From a virus: DNA of 51,062 bases. The notes below the pieces were generated by a model. It saw nothing but the letters and a program-made list of their open reading frames with translations. It searched no databases and was not told where the DNA came from. Below, in pieces: positions 27,301-35,086 of this stretch. The stretch covers positions 1-51,062 of the IMG/VR virus record IMGVR_UViG_3300015192_000001; one strand, 5' to 3'. A program made the translations under genes and the position numbers. Numbering within the stretch: position 1 is the stretch's first letter; each line of letters opens with the position of its first letter.

Positions 27301-27335
27301 TTGGACATTCGCAATATCCAACATTTGACATTCGC
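27301..27335 (+). repeat. Direct repeat TT(G/T)GACATTCGCA x2, 22 bp apart, upstream of gene 27372
   Basis: ttggacattcgcaatatccaacatttgacattcgcac. The second copy contains TTGACA. Confidence 0.6.
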
Positions 27336-27371
27336 ACAAACTTCGTCCAAGATTCAGGAGAACAGGAAATC

Positions 27372-27752
27372 ATGCCGAAGAAACCAGCCTATAACGACGA
27401 AGACGCAAAAGACGTAGAAACAACCATCCACGACACATCCTGCTGCGCAATCTCCGACGCCGAAGGCATCGGATCAGTCAAATCCACCGCCGACGCACAC
27501 AACCTACGACGCCGTGCATTCCTTGGCGCCAACAGTGGCTACATCTTCGCAACCTGCGTCATGCCAGAACACAAGGCACAAGTCACACACCTCAAGCGAG
27601 GAGGATGGAAGCAGCTAGCGACGATCAAGAACCCCAACACATGCAAAACCATCGTGCTCATGGGAGCCCACACCTACACGGCAAAACGTCAGCAGAAACC
27701 CACCGAATACAACTACTACGACGACACATACGACTACGGCCACAACTACTAG
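27372..27752 (+). CDS. Hypothetical protein, 126 aa. CC-motif family, paralogous to 29660..30130.
   Basis: ATG after CAGGAGAACAGGA. The pattern CC ... GY-x-[FL]A ... GW/AW ... N-x2-T-x3-V-L is shared with the 156-aa ORF. Tyr/Asp-rich tail. Confidence 0.6.
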   Translation: MPKKPAYNDEDAKDVETTIHDTSCCAISDAEGIGSVKSTADAHNLRRRAFLGANSGYIFATCVMPEHKAQVTHLKRGGWKQLATIKNPNTCKTIVLMGAHTYTAKRQQKPTEYNYYDDTYDYGHNY

Positions 27753-27888
27753 CCGCGACCGCATGCGCCAGAGAGCCTCGTTCGGACGTGAGATTCCATG
27801 GTCAACAACGTCTGCGGGCAATTAGGGGCCTCACTCATGGTCACAGCCCCTGTCTCTGGCGCAGCCGATCACGGCTAGGAGAACATCA

Positions 27889-28155
27889 ATGACCTACGAC
27901 CCACTCACCGCAACAGGTTTCCAAGACTTCGCAACGAAGTACTACCAAGAACAAGACCACAGCTTCTCAAGGTCAGCGTACGACCTGTCACTCGCTAGTC
28001 GGATGTGCTCAGCGGCCGGATGGCACCCCGACGACTGCTATGTCTACGAAGACGACAAGTTCATCACCGTCGTGCAGATCGACAAGCAAGAAGTCCGCAT
28101 GCAGGCCAAAGACGTCCACAAGACACGACTTGACGACTTAGGAGTTGCACCATGA
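27889..28155 (+). CDS. Hypothetical protein, 88 aa
   Basis: ATG after TAGGAGAAC. Compact ORF. Confidence 0.65.
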   Translation: MTYDPLTATGFQDFATKYYQEQDHSFSRSAYDLSLASRMCSAAGWHPDDCYVYEDDKFITVVQIDKQEVRMQAKDVHKTRLDDLGVAP

Positions 28156-28394
28156 CCAGAACCGAGGTCCTGCTCAGGGATCGCAAACACGGCATCGCCT
28201 TCCTCAAGAACGACCAAGGAAAGATCATCCTCGCCTGCGCTTCCTACGGAAAGTCAAAGCTAATCGCTATCCCACTCAGCCAGGCAGAAGGACTAAGTCT
28301 GCTGAGTGCAGCACAGGCCACGTTCGTTCCCCCGCCCCACTACGAAAACTGGCTCGAAACGCTCATTCGGCTCATGAAAGGAGACAGGCAGTGA
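28152..28394 (+). CDS. Hypothetical protein, 80 aa
   Basis: ATGA coupling upstream and GTGA coupling downstream. Confidence 0.65.
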   Translation: MTRTEVLLRDRKHGIAFLKNDQGKIILACASYGKSKLIAIPLSQAEGLSLLSAAQATFVPPPHYENWLETLIRLMKGDRQ

Positions 28395-29491
28395 CACAAC
28401 TCGGCACCGATCCGGAGTTCTTCATCTTCGACAAGGATGACAAGCCGGTCCCCGCACACACCCTCGGATTCCCAACCAAAGAAAACAAGCTCAAATCAGA
28501 AGACATCGTTGGCGTCTTCGAGCAATACGCCACTCTCTTCCGAGACGGCTACGCGATCGAAGCCAACGTCACATACGCACCATCCTGCCGAGCCATGCTG
28601 GCAACACACATCCGATCAGCCGTACGCGCCATGCGTGCCAAGGTCGGACCGAACTATCACATCGGCACAGAAGCCGCCGTTCGCATCCGGCTTCGTACCC
28701 AGATGCGTGGAGCACCAGACGATGTCTCACACTTCGGATGCGAGCCATCATTCGACGGCTATCGCAATGGTGCAGCCAAGGTAGTCGACATCGACGCCTT
28801 CACCCACAGCTATCGCTATGCCGGAGGACACATGCACTTCGGCACTTTCAACAACAAGTCAGCACTCTACCGTCAAGCCGCAAAAGACGACAACTCCGAA
28901 GCATTGCAAGACCCGACCAACTTCCCACTCATGGCCAAGATCTTCGACCTACTCGTCGGACTGCCTCTCACCATCATCTATGACGACAGCAAGCAGTTTC
29001 TCCGTCGTCGTCACTACGGTCAGGCTGGCGAGTACCGACCACAGATCTACCCAGGCGAACGAGTGGGCTTCGAGTACCGCACACCCCCCCCGCAGCTATG
29101 GAACCACCACGCCATCGCCGGACTGTTCTTTGGCGTAGGCAAGTGGATCGTGAACAACTACGCCACCCTAGCCGAAGACTGGAACCCCAACATCGAGCAG
29201 GATCTGCAGCGTGCCATCAACCATGGCACCCGCGGACAGAACCTCCTGCAGAGCGTTCCAGGGTTCTATACCCCAGAGACAATCCTGTCTCTCAAGGGTG
29301 TCAAGGAAATCAAATCGCTCTTCCTTCCGGACTACACCGGCAGCACCGATTCGGGATGGATCGAGTTCGCCGAGCTCTGGGGCCTAAAGAAGACCATCCC
29401 GGAGCCCAACTTCAAGCGAAGCTACACCTCAGCACCATACGCACCCACCGCACGTCCCAAGTTCAGCTTCATTGCGGCCAAAGCCGCATGA
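28391..29491 (+). CDS. Carboxylate-amine (COOH-NH2) ligase, 366 aa, phage phiEco32-like type 2, in the GCS/GS-like superfamily
   Basis: GTG start (GTGA overlap, GGAGACAGG as SD). Motifs: LGTDPEFFIF, FGCEPSFDG, AGGHMHFG, GQAGEYRPQ and GFEYRTPP. The first about 80 aa of the track ORF overlap two other genes. Confidence 0.7.
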   Translation: MTQLGTDPEFFIFDKDDKPVPAHTLGFPTKENKLKSEDIVGVFEQYATLFRDGYAIEANVTYAPSCRAMLATHIRSAVRAMRAKVGPNYHIGTEAAVRIRLRTQMRGAPDDVSHFGCEPSFDGYRNGAAKVVDIDAFTHSYRYAGGHMHFGTFNNKSALYRQAAKDDNSEALQDPTNFPLMAKIFDLLVGLPLTIIYDDSKQFLRRRHYGQAGEYRPQIYPGERVGFEYRTPPPQLWNHHAIAGLFFGVGKWIVNNYATLAEDWNPNIEQDLQRAINHGTRGQNLLQSVPGFYTPETILSLKGVKEIKSLFLPDYTGSTDSGWIEFAELWGLKKTIPEPNFKRSYTSAPYAPTARPKFSFIAAKAA

Positions 29492-29646
29492 AACACTGGG
29501 GACTGATCCAATTCGAGATCTTCAACATCAGCTTCGGTCTTCTGTTCTACGGACACGGACAGCGACCGAAGGGCACGCCAGTCAGGAAGATCTGGATGTT
29601 CCATCCATTCTTCTATCGCTACCACCACTACTGCGACAACAGCTAG
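29488..29646 (+). CDS. Small aromatic-rich protein, 52 aa (below the track cutoff as its own gene)
   Basis: ATGA coupling to the ligase stop. Sequence MKHWGLIQFEIFNISFGLLFYGHGQRPKGTPVRKIWMFHPFFYRYHHYCDNS*. Confidence 0.45.
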   Translation: MKHWGLIQFEIFNISFGLLFYGHGQRPKGTPVRKIWMFHPFFYRYHHYCDNS

Positions 29647-29659
29647 AGAGGAAAAGAAC

Positions 29660-30130
29660 ATGGGTGTCATTCACAACCAGGGAATCGGACAAGCACTGGC
29701 ACAGTCAGCACCAGCTGGCTACTACATCGTGCCAGAATTCCAAGACAACAAAGCAACAGATCGATACTTCTTGAGAACCAAGAAGAACGGCGACAACTGG
29801 GCCACCTTCAAGGCAGAGACGCTACCAGGATGCTGCGGCGTCGCAGTTCTGTCACACGTCAACGTGTACTACTACGAAAAAGCTGCCGAGATCGCCAGAC
29901 GCAACAAGGTCATCGTCGATATGTTCGTTACTGCTGCTAAGAAGCGCGGTTACGGACTCGCGATGGCAACCCAGAAGGCCACGTCAGCGGCGCTCCCAGC
30001 GTACGACGCATGGGAACACGGACAGCCATTCAACAACGGCAAAACGGACAACGACGTTTTGCTTCTAAAGCTCGATCTCAAGCAGCCCAAGAGAACACCT
30101 GTCAAATACATCGAAACAGGCGGCGAGTAG
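29660..30130 (+). CDS. Hypothetical protein, 156 aa, CC-motif family, with a Pup-type C-terminus ...KYIETGGE
   Basis: ATG after GAGAGGAAAAG. C-terminal codons read directly: cct gtc aaa tac atc gaa aca ggc ggc gag tag. Confidence 0.65.
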   Translation: MGVIHNQGIGQALAQSAPAGYYIVPEFQDNKATDRYFLRTKKNGDNWATFKAETLPGCCGVAVLSHVNVYYYEKAAEIARRNKVIVDMFVTAAKKRGYGLAMATQKATSAALPAYDAWEHGQPFNNGKTDNDVLLLKLDLKQPKRTPVKYIETGGE

Positions 30131-30352
30131 CAATAAGGGGTGAGGCATAGGCCTCACGTGCTGGGGTAGAGGACGGGACCCCTAGCGATGTAGCTCTGGC
30201 AGAAAACACATCCAGTGTTCCAGAGCAAGGGTGCGGTTAAATCGTCTTGCGGTCTCAAAGTGCATTTGGGTTACCCCCAAACAGGCGTCGAGACATATTA
30301 AGGCGCAAGGGACAACCGTAAATCGGTGGAACCAGAGGCCACCAGCCCACTA

Positions 30353-30483
30353 GCTTGTCGGTAGTTCAACGAGATGCCTGCCCAAACGGCTAACGGTTCC
30401 ATCCCGGAAACCCAGAGGGTCAGTACTAATCGGATGCCAGAACACCCGCAAGGACATGGAGGTCGGAATCCTCCCCGACAAGC
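30353..30483 (+). ncRNA. Candidate structured RNA with a tRNA-like acceptor/T-arm module (not a canonical tRNA)
   Basis: 9-bp terminal helix GCTTGTCGG/CCGACAAGC. It abuts a GGAGG-TCGGAAT-CCTCC hairpin exactly as the acceptor and T stems do in a tRNA. UA follows the 5' strand. The interior is about 40 nt too long and no D-arm is found. Confidence 0.3.
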
Positions 30484-30557
30484 TTCTCATCTGCCGAGAC
30501 ATGGCAGAGGACTGACGGGCCTTACCCGTCAACCACTTCGCATACCGAAGGAGCACC

Positions 30558-32225
30558 ATGGCTCTGCATTTCGAGCACCAACCTCCCACCATCATGACCC
30601 TCAAAAAGCCCAAAAAGACCAGCAAAAAGCGTACTTGGGCCATTCCGATCATGTTCGGCAGCACACCCATGCTGCGTCGCTGTCCCAACTGCGACAGAAC
30701 CAGATCCACCACCCACGTCGTCGGATTCTGCGCTGAATGCGAAAGCTGCGTTGCCTGCGGCGCTGCGCCATGGATAGATCGCGACACACGACTCTGCGCC
30801 AACTGCGTATGCCAAACATGTGGCGGCACTAATGCGCCCATGGGTCGTGATGAGGATGGCGACACTGCATGCGGCACCTGTCGCAAGGTCGTCATCTGCA
30901 CGATCTGCTCACGCAACTTTGCTAACTGCCTGAGGAAAGGCGAACAAACACCAACCCAGTGCTACGAGTGCGCCGGACGATCCAAGATGCGCTGCTACTT
31001 CTGCAACGGCAAAGCCAGCAAGATCATGGGAAACGATTCACGAGCCAACCGCAAGTACTACCTCGTCTGCGCCATCTGTCACAACACCTTCTGCTGCTGG
31101 CGCAAAGACTGCATCCCAACCAAACAGTGCGGCGGATGCACCGACAGGCAGCACGAGCAAGAGCAAGCAGACACCAATCCCACACCTCGTTGGAACAACC
31201 CGTTCGGCAACTGGGTCAACAATCCGATCAAGTTCTGGGATGCCACACCAATCACTAGCCGCAAGATCAATCGATCACCCCGAATGCTCGGCATCGAAAT
31301 CGAATGCGCAGGCGCCACAAACGTCACACTCAAAACCAAAGCAGAACTGTACCGAGTGCTCAAAAAGTGGGGCGCCAGCATGGTGTACGACGGCTCACTG
31401 CGCAGCGGCGGATTCGAGATCACCACATCCCCCGCTGCAGGCGACGTCTTCCTCAAGCAGATCGACGAGATCACCGACGCCCTGCGAGCCGCAGGCGCAT
31501 TTGTCGACGAGCAATGCGGTCTCCACGTACACATCGACGCACGAGACCACCACTACGCCGACATCCGCAAGCTCGTGCGCTACTACGCCTTCCTCGAGCC
31601 AGCACTCATCCGTACCCAGCCATTCGATCGCATCCTTCGCCCCAACCCGAACAACGGCAAGTACTACTGCCTACCATGCGGAGAGAAGTACCTAACAGGC
31701 CTCGGTGACACAAGCGCTGAGACCGTCTCCAAGATGTACACCGACATCACTCGAGAGAAACTTCTGAGCAACATCTATGGCACAGACACATGGCGCCCAC
31801 CCAGGAGGGAGCACTACACCCAGGCCAAGTACCACGCATTCAACTTCCACTCATGGTTCTACAAGAACCGACGCACAGTCGAATCCAGGATACACGCAGG
31901 CACAATCGTCCCCAGAAAGATCAAAGACTGGGGCATGCTCTGGGCCAGCATCGTCGATGAGGCCTACCGGATGACAGACAAGGTCATCCCGGTCCCCGGA
32001 CCAGTCGACGACAGCATCGCGCAGCTCAAGCGCGTAGCACCAACCCCACGTATCAAGACCTACATCCAGACACGACTGGATACCTTCCGCAAGAAGTACG
32101 ACGACTACTACGCCACGCAACCTGCAACTTCCATACCCAACAACCCATTCTTCGAAGAAACATTCGAAGCAGAAATTCAAGACCCACCTGAAGACCACGA
32201 CAACTACGAAGAAGAGGACTTTTAA
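30558..32225 (+). CDS. Amidoligase_2-family (GS-like) ligase, 555 aa, with a long N-terminal multi-CxxC zinc-ribbon array
   Basis: ATG after GAAGGAG. 26 Cys, including 11 CxxC pairs, in residues 42-194. Ligase motifs: MLGIEIECAG, YDGSLRSGGFEITTSP, CGLHVHIDA. Acidic tail ...EDHDNYEEEDF. Confidence 0.7.
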   Translation: MALHFEHQPPTIMTLKKPKKTSKKRTWAIPIMFGSTPMLRRCPNCDRTRSTTHVVGFCAECESCVACGAAPWIDRDTRLCANCVCQTCGGTNAPMGRDEDGDTACGTCRKVVICTICSRNFANCLRKGEQTPTQCYECAGRSKMRCYFCNGKASKIMGNDSRANRKYYLVCAICHNTFCCWRKDCIPTKQCGGCTDRQHEQEQADTNPTPRWNNPFGNWVNNPIKFWDATPITSRKINRSPRMLGIEIECAGATNVTLKTKAELYRVLKKWGASMVYDGSLRSGGFEITTSPAAGDVFLKQIDEITDALRAAGAFVDEQCGLHVHIDARDHHYADIRKLVRYYAFLEPALIRTQPFDRILRPNPNNGKYYCLPCGEKYLTGLGDTSAETVSKMYTDITREKLLSNIYGTDTWRPPRREHYTQAKYHAFNFHSWFYKNRRTVESRIHAGTIVPRKIKDWGMLWASIVDEAYRMTDKVIPVPGPVDDSIAQLKRVAPTPRIKTYIQTRLDTFRKKYDDYYATQPATSIPNNPFFEETFEAEIQDPPEDHDNYEEEDF

Positions 32226-32227
32226 AC

Positions 32228-33535
32228 ATGTGCGGACAATTCGGCGTGCAATGGCGAGAGCGACCAGGCGGAGCCAACATCCCGCTCTTCGCCGTACTTG
32301 AGGTCCTCATGGACGACCGCGGTGGTCACTCATGGGGATTCTGGGCCGACGGGGTAGTCCGCAAGGGACTGGGCCGCATCACAGAATCGATCCCAGCCAG
32401 AACATTGGGCGGAGTCAAAACACTCATCGCCCACACCCGCCTCGCCACCACAGGCAAGATCTGCGAGAGCAACTCCCACCCTTTTGAGATGGGAAAGATC
32501 GTCGGCACACACAACGGAATGATCTACAACCACGAGGATCTCGCACGGCACTACGACCGCAAGTTCGAAGTCGATTCCATGCACATCTTCGCCCATCTTG
32601 ACGAAGGCCAAGACCTTCAGGAGCTGCGAGGCTATGGTTCAGCAGTCTGGCTACACACCGACGACCTGAACACCATCAACTTCGTACGCTGGAACAGCGG
32701 AGACCTAGCCATCGCCGAGATCTACAGCAAAGACAAGAAGCTGCTGGGCACTGCATGGGCCTCAACTCCAGAAGCACTCGTCCCAGCCATCGAAACCACA
32801 GGACTCGTCGATCGCCTCATCAAGGTCGATGAAGAGCGCCATTACTACACCAAAAACGCCGAAGTCTTCGCAGAGAACGAAAAGAGCATGAAGTTCGGCT
32901 TCGGTTCAAAGGGCGCATCCACCTTCAGCTCTCACGCAGACAAGATCGGTGGCGAATGGGTCAAAAACGTCTGGACTGCCTATGAAAATGGAGTCCTGCC
33001 AGCCCCCAAGCCGGTGCAGATCTACTCGGGCTTCAGACACAAGCAGAAGCCAACACCCATCGAAGTCCGAGACACACTCGCAAAGCAGGGCCTCAAAGCG
33101 ATCCAGCGGCCGGGTGGCGTCACCATCAAGAACAAATCCCAGTTCGAAGAATGGCCCAAAGACACCCTCACACAAAGTCGCAAGTGCATGAACTGCGATC
33201 TTGCCAACATGAAGACAGTCCGGCACCCCGAGATCGGCGTAGCGCTCTGCTACGACTGCACCAAAGTCACCGATTCCTACGATGACGCTGGACTCCCAAT
33301 CATCGTGCCCAACACCACAGAACACGGCATCGCCCTAGTCGCCAACCTACAAGATGTCGTCACCCTCCAAGATGCCATCAAATACGAAGGCATCGACGAA
33401 GACACACTAGACCCAGACGAAGTCGCCCTACTGGAGTGGATGCGCGAAGGACGCCGTCCCGAAAGCGGCACGCTCTACATCCCAAACAACGAAGAGATCG
33501 AGTTCCCACCCCGAGATTGGGTCGGCATGATCTAG
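32228..33535 (+). CDS. Class II (Ntn-type) glutamine amidotransferase-like protein, 435 aa, with a C-terminal zinc ribbon
   Basis: Met-Cys start (MCGQFG). Motifs: IAHTRLATTG, NSHPF, GTHNGMIYNHEDL. C-terminus contains CMNCD...CYDC. Confidence 0.7.
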   Translation: MCGQFGVQWRERPGGANIPLFAVLEVLMDDRGGHSWGFWADGVVRKGLGRITESIPARTLGGVKTLIAHTRLATTGKICESNSHPFEMGKIVGTHNGMIYNHEDLARHYDRKFEVDSMHIFAHLDEGQDLQELRGYGSAVWLHTDDLNTINFVRWNSGDLAIAEIYSKDKKLLGTAWASTPEALVPAIETTGLVDRLIKVDEERHYYTKNAEVFAENEKSMKFGFGSKGASTFSSHADKIGGEWVKNVWTAYENGVLPAPKPVQIYSGFRHKQKPTPIEVRDTLAKQGLKAIQRPGGVTIKNKSQFEEWPKDTLTQSRKCMNCDLANMKTVRHPEIGVALCYDCTKVTDSYDDAGLPIIVPNTTEHGIALVANLQDVVTLQDAIKYEGIDEDTLDPDEVALLEWMREGRRPESGTLYIPNNEEIEFPPRDWVGMI

Positions 33536-33772
33536 ATGTATCAGATCATTGAGATCCGCATCGCCGTTGACGGAACTGAAGACCGTATCCGAGACCGGAT
33601 TCAGAACAAAGGACAAGAGATCACCCGAAGCCTAGAGACCAATCTCGTAGGCCACGGATTCATTCCACTGCGTCTCATGGGCGCCAACAGCATCATCCCC
33701 AGAATCCGTATCAAGAGTACACACCAAGAACCAGAGCAACTCAGCATCGGACTGAGAGGAGACGAACCATGA
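33536..33772 (+). CDS. Hypothetical protein, 78 aa
   Basis: TAGATG junction upstream and ATGA downstream. Confidence 0.6.
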   Translation: MYQIIEIRIAVDGTEDRIRDRIQNKGQEITRSLETNLVGHGFIPLRLMGANSIIPRIRIKSTHQEPEQLSIGLRGDEP

Positions 33773-34227
33773 GATGCGACAAACGCGTCGGCAGCCTCCG
33801 TTGTCCACAAACAGCAATGGCCGGATTCGTACGGTGCTCGGCACACGTCGCACAGTACCAAAACGAAGGCAGCAACATCGAAGCCCTGCGTGCCACACCA
33901 ACACAAGCCGCAACCCTAGCAACCAACACCTGGACCATGAACCCAACAATGCACTTCGACACCACACAAGCCTTCCATGACATGGATGCAGCCACTGCCG
34001 CTGTAATAGCTGGCTTGGGCCTCCCACCCACCGAAGCACCAGCCAAGAAGGAAGTCACCAAGGTCGTCGACCCAGAGTGTCTGGCACGAGTCATCGCACA
34101 GCTCGATATGCCGAAAGACGACAAGCTCAAGCTCGCCATGGAATTCGCAGAAGCCCTCGTCGAAATGAAGCCAATCAAGTTCAACCGAGACAGCTTCATC
34201 CAACACATCCAGGAGAAGATCGCATGA
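33769..34227 (+). CDS. Hypothetical protein, 152 aa, with a Cys/His-rich N-terminus
   Basis: ATGA coupling at both ends. N-terminus is MRCDKRVGSLRCPQTAMAGFVRCSAH. Confidence 0.6.
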   Translation: MRCDKRVGSLRCPQTAMAGFVRCSAHVAQYQNEGSNIEALRATPTQAATLATNTWTMNPTMHFDTTQAFHDMDAATAAVIAGLGLPPTEAPAKKEVTKVVDPECLARVIAQLDMPKDDKLKLAMEFAEALVEMKPIKFNRDSFIQHIQEKIA

Positions 34228-34337
34228 ACGAGCTCACCGCAGAAGACATCGAACTGCTAGATGGCATCGACCCCGACGATGACGACGACGCCATCTTTCT
34301 CGAACAGTTCTACCTCAAGGGAGGCACCGGAGAGTGA
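34224..34337 (+). CDS. Pup-like small acidic peptide, 37 aa, ending KGGTGE
   Basis: ATG at 34224 after AGGAGAAG, with ATGA overlap. Codons read directly give MNELTAEDIELLDGIDPDDDDDAIFLEQFYLKGGTGE*. Its stop overlaps the next GTG (GTGA). Confidence 0.6.
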   Translation: MNELTAEDIELLDGIDPDDDDDAIFLEQFYLKGGTGE

Positions 34338-35086
34338 AGACGCTCGTCAAGCGGCGGGTGCTCGTCGCCGTAGCCAAGGTAGCGGCGACTCGCCCCGCGG
34401 TTGAGATCCAGCCATATGACGGACCGGCCGCCAACTACATCCAGTTGACGGGCGTCCCCCTCACCATGGCCATTCTCAACGATGAGTACAAGGAGCTCAT
34501 GTCGCCAGTCATGTGCAAGGACTACATCACCGATGCCTTCTGGTCCGAACACAGCAAGAAGCCAATTTCCATCTACGGCTTCAACTGGACATCGGGAACA
34601 ATAGACCCCAGCAAGGTCGTCTATCGCATCGGACTCAAGTTCGGCAACGACGACGATGCCCAAAAGACAACCAACGTCATCGACCTCATCAACCTTTGGG
34701 ACAAAGCACTTGGCTTCAAACCAAGCCAGCTCCTAAAGACCAACGACATCAAGAACCGTGTCCTTGAAGTCGATCGCGCATGGACCGAGCAGCCAATCCG
34801 CATCAGCCTTCTCACCCTCATGCTTCGCATGGGCACCGCCTACACCCCCGGAGAGGGGCTCGAGGCATTCCTCAACAACACCAAGACCAACATAAACACC
34901 GGGAAGAAAGGCCTACGCGCACTCATCCACAGTGGTGACGGCATGCATGTCGCCCAGGCCCAGAACCTCATCCTGAAGATCTACAAGGAGGGAAAGTTCC
35001 CCGCGCAGACCTACGCACAATACAAAAGCCACAGCGAAATCCACAACCGAAGCGGCATCGTCTCAATGGCAGGGAGCAGTAAGTGA
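34334..35086 (+). CDS. Hypothetical protein, 250 aa, lying between the Pup-like peptide gene and the ATP-grasp gene
   Basis: GTG start. Its SD AAGGGAGG is encoded by the KGG codons of the upstream peptide. No motif recognised. Confidence 0.65.
   Translation: MKTLVKRRVLVAVAKVAATRPAVEIQPYDGPAANYIQLTGVPLTMAILNDEYKELMSPVMCKDYITDAFWSEHSKKPISIYGFNWTSGTIDPSKVVYRIGLKFGNDDDAQKTTNVIDLINLWDKALGFKPSQLLKTNDIKNRVLEVDRAWTEQPIRISLLTLMLRMGTAYTPGEGLEAFLNNTKTNINTGKKGLRALIHSGDGMHVAQAQNLILKIYKEGKFPAQTYAQYKSHSEIHNRSGIVSMAGSSK

Noticed and set aside
28145-29491. The long versions of track ORFs 28145..29491 (448 aa), 24461..26251 (596 aa), 23778..24530 (250 aa), 27084..27752, 38040..38642 and 30558-upstream frames, taken as the real proteins.
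   Set aside because: Their N-terminal extensions are basic, low-complexity sequence that overlaps neighbouring genes. Internal starts with good SD sequences or ATGA/GTGA coupling coincide with the beginning of the recognisable domains.
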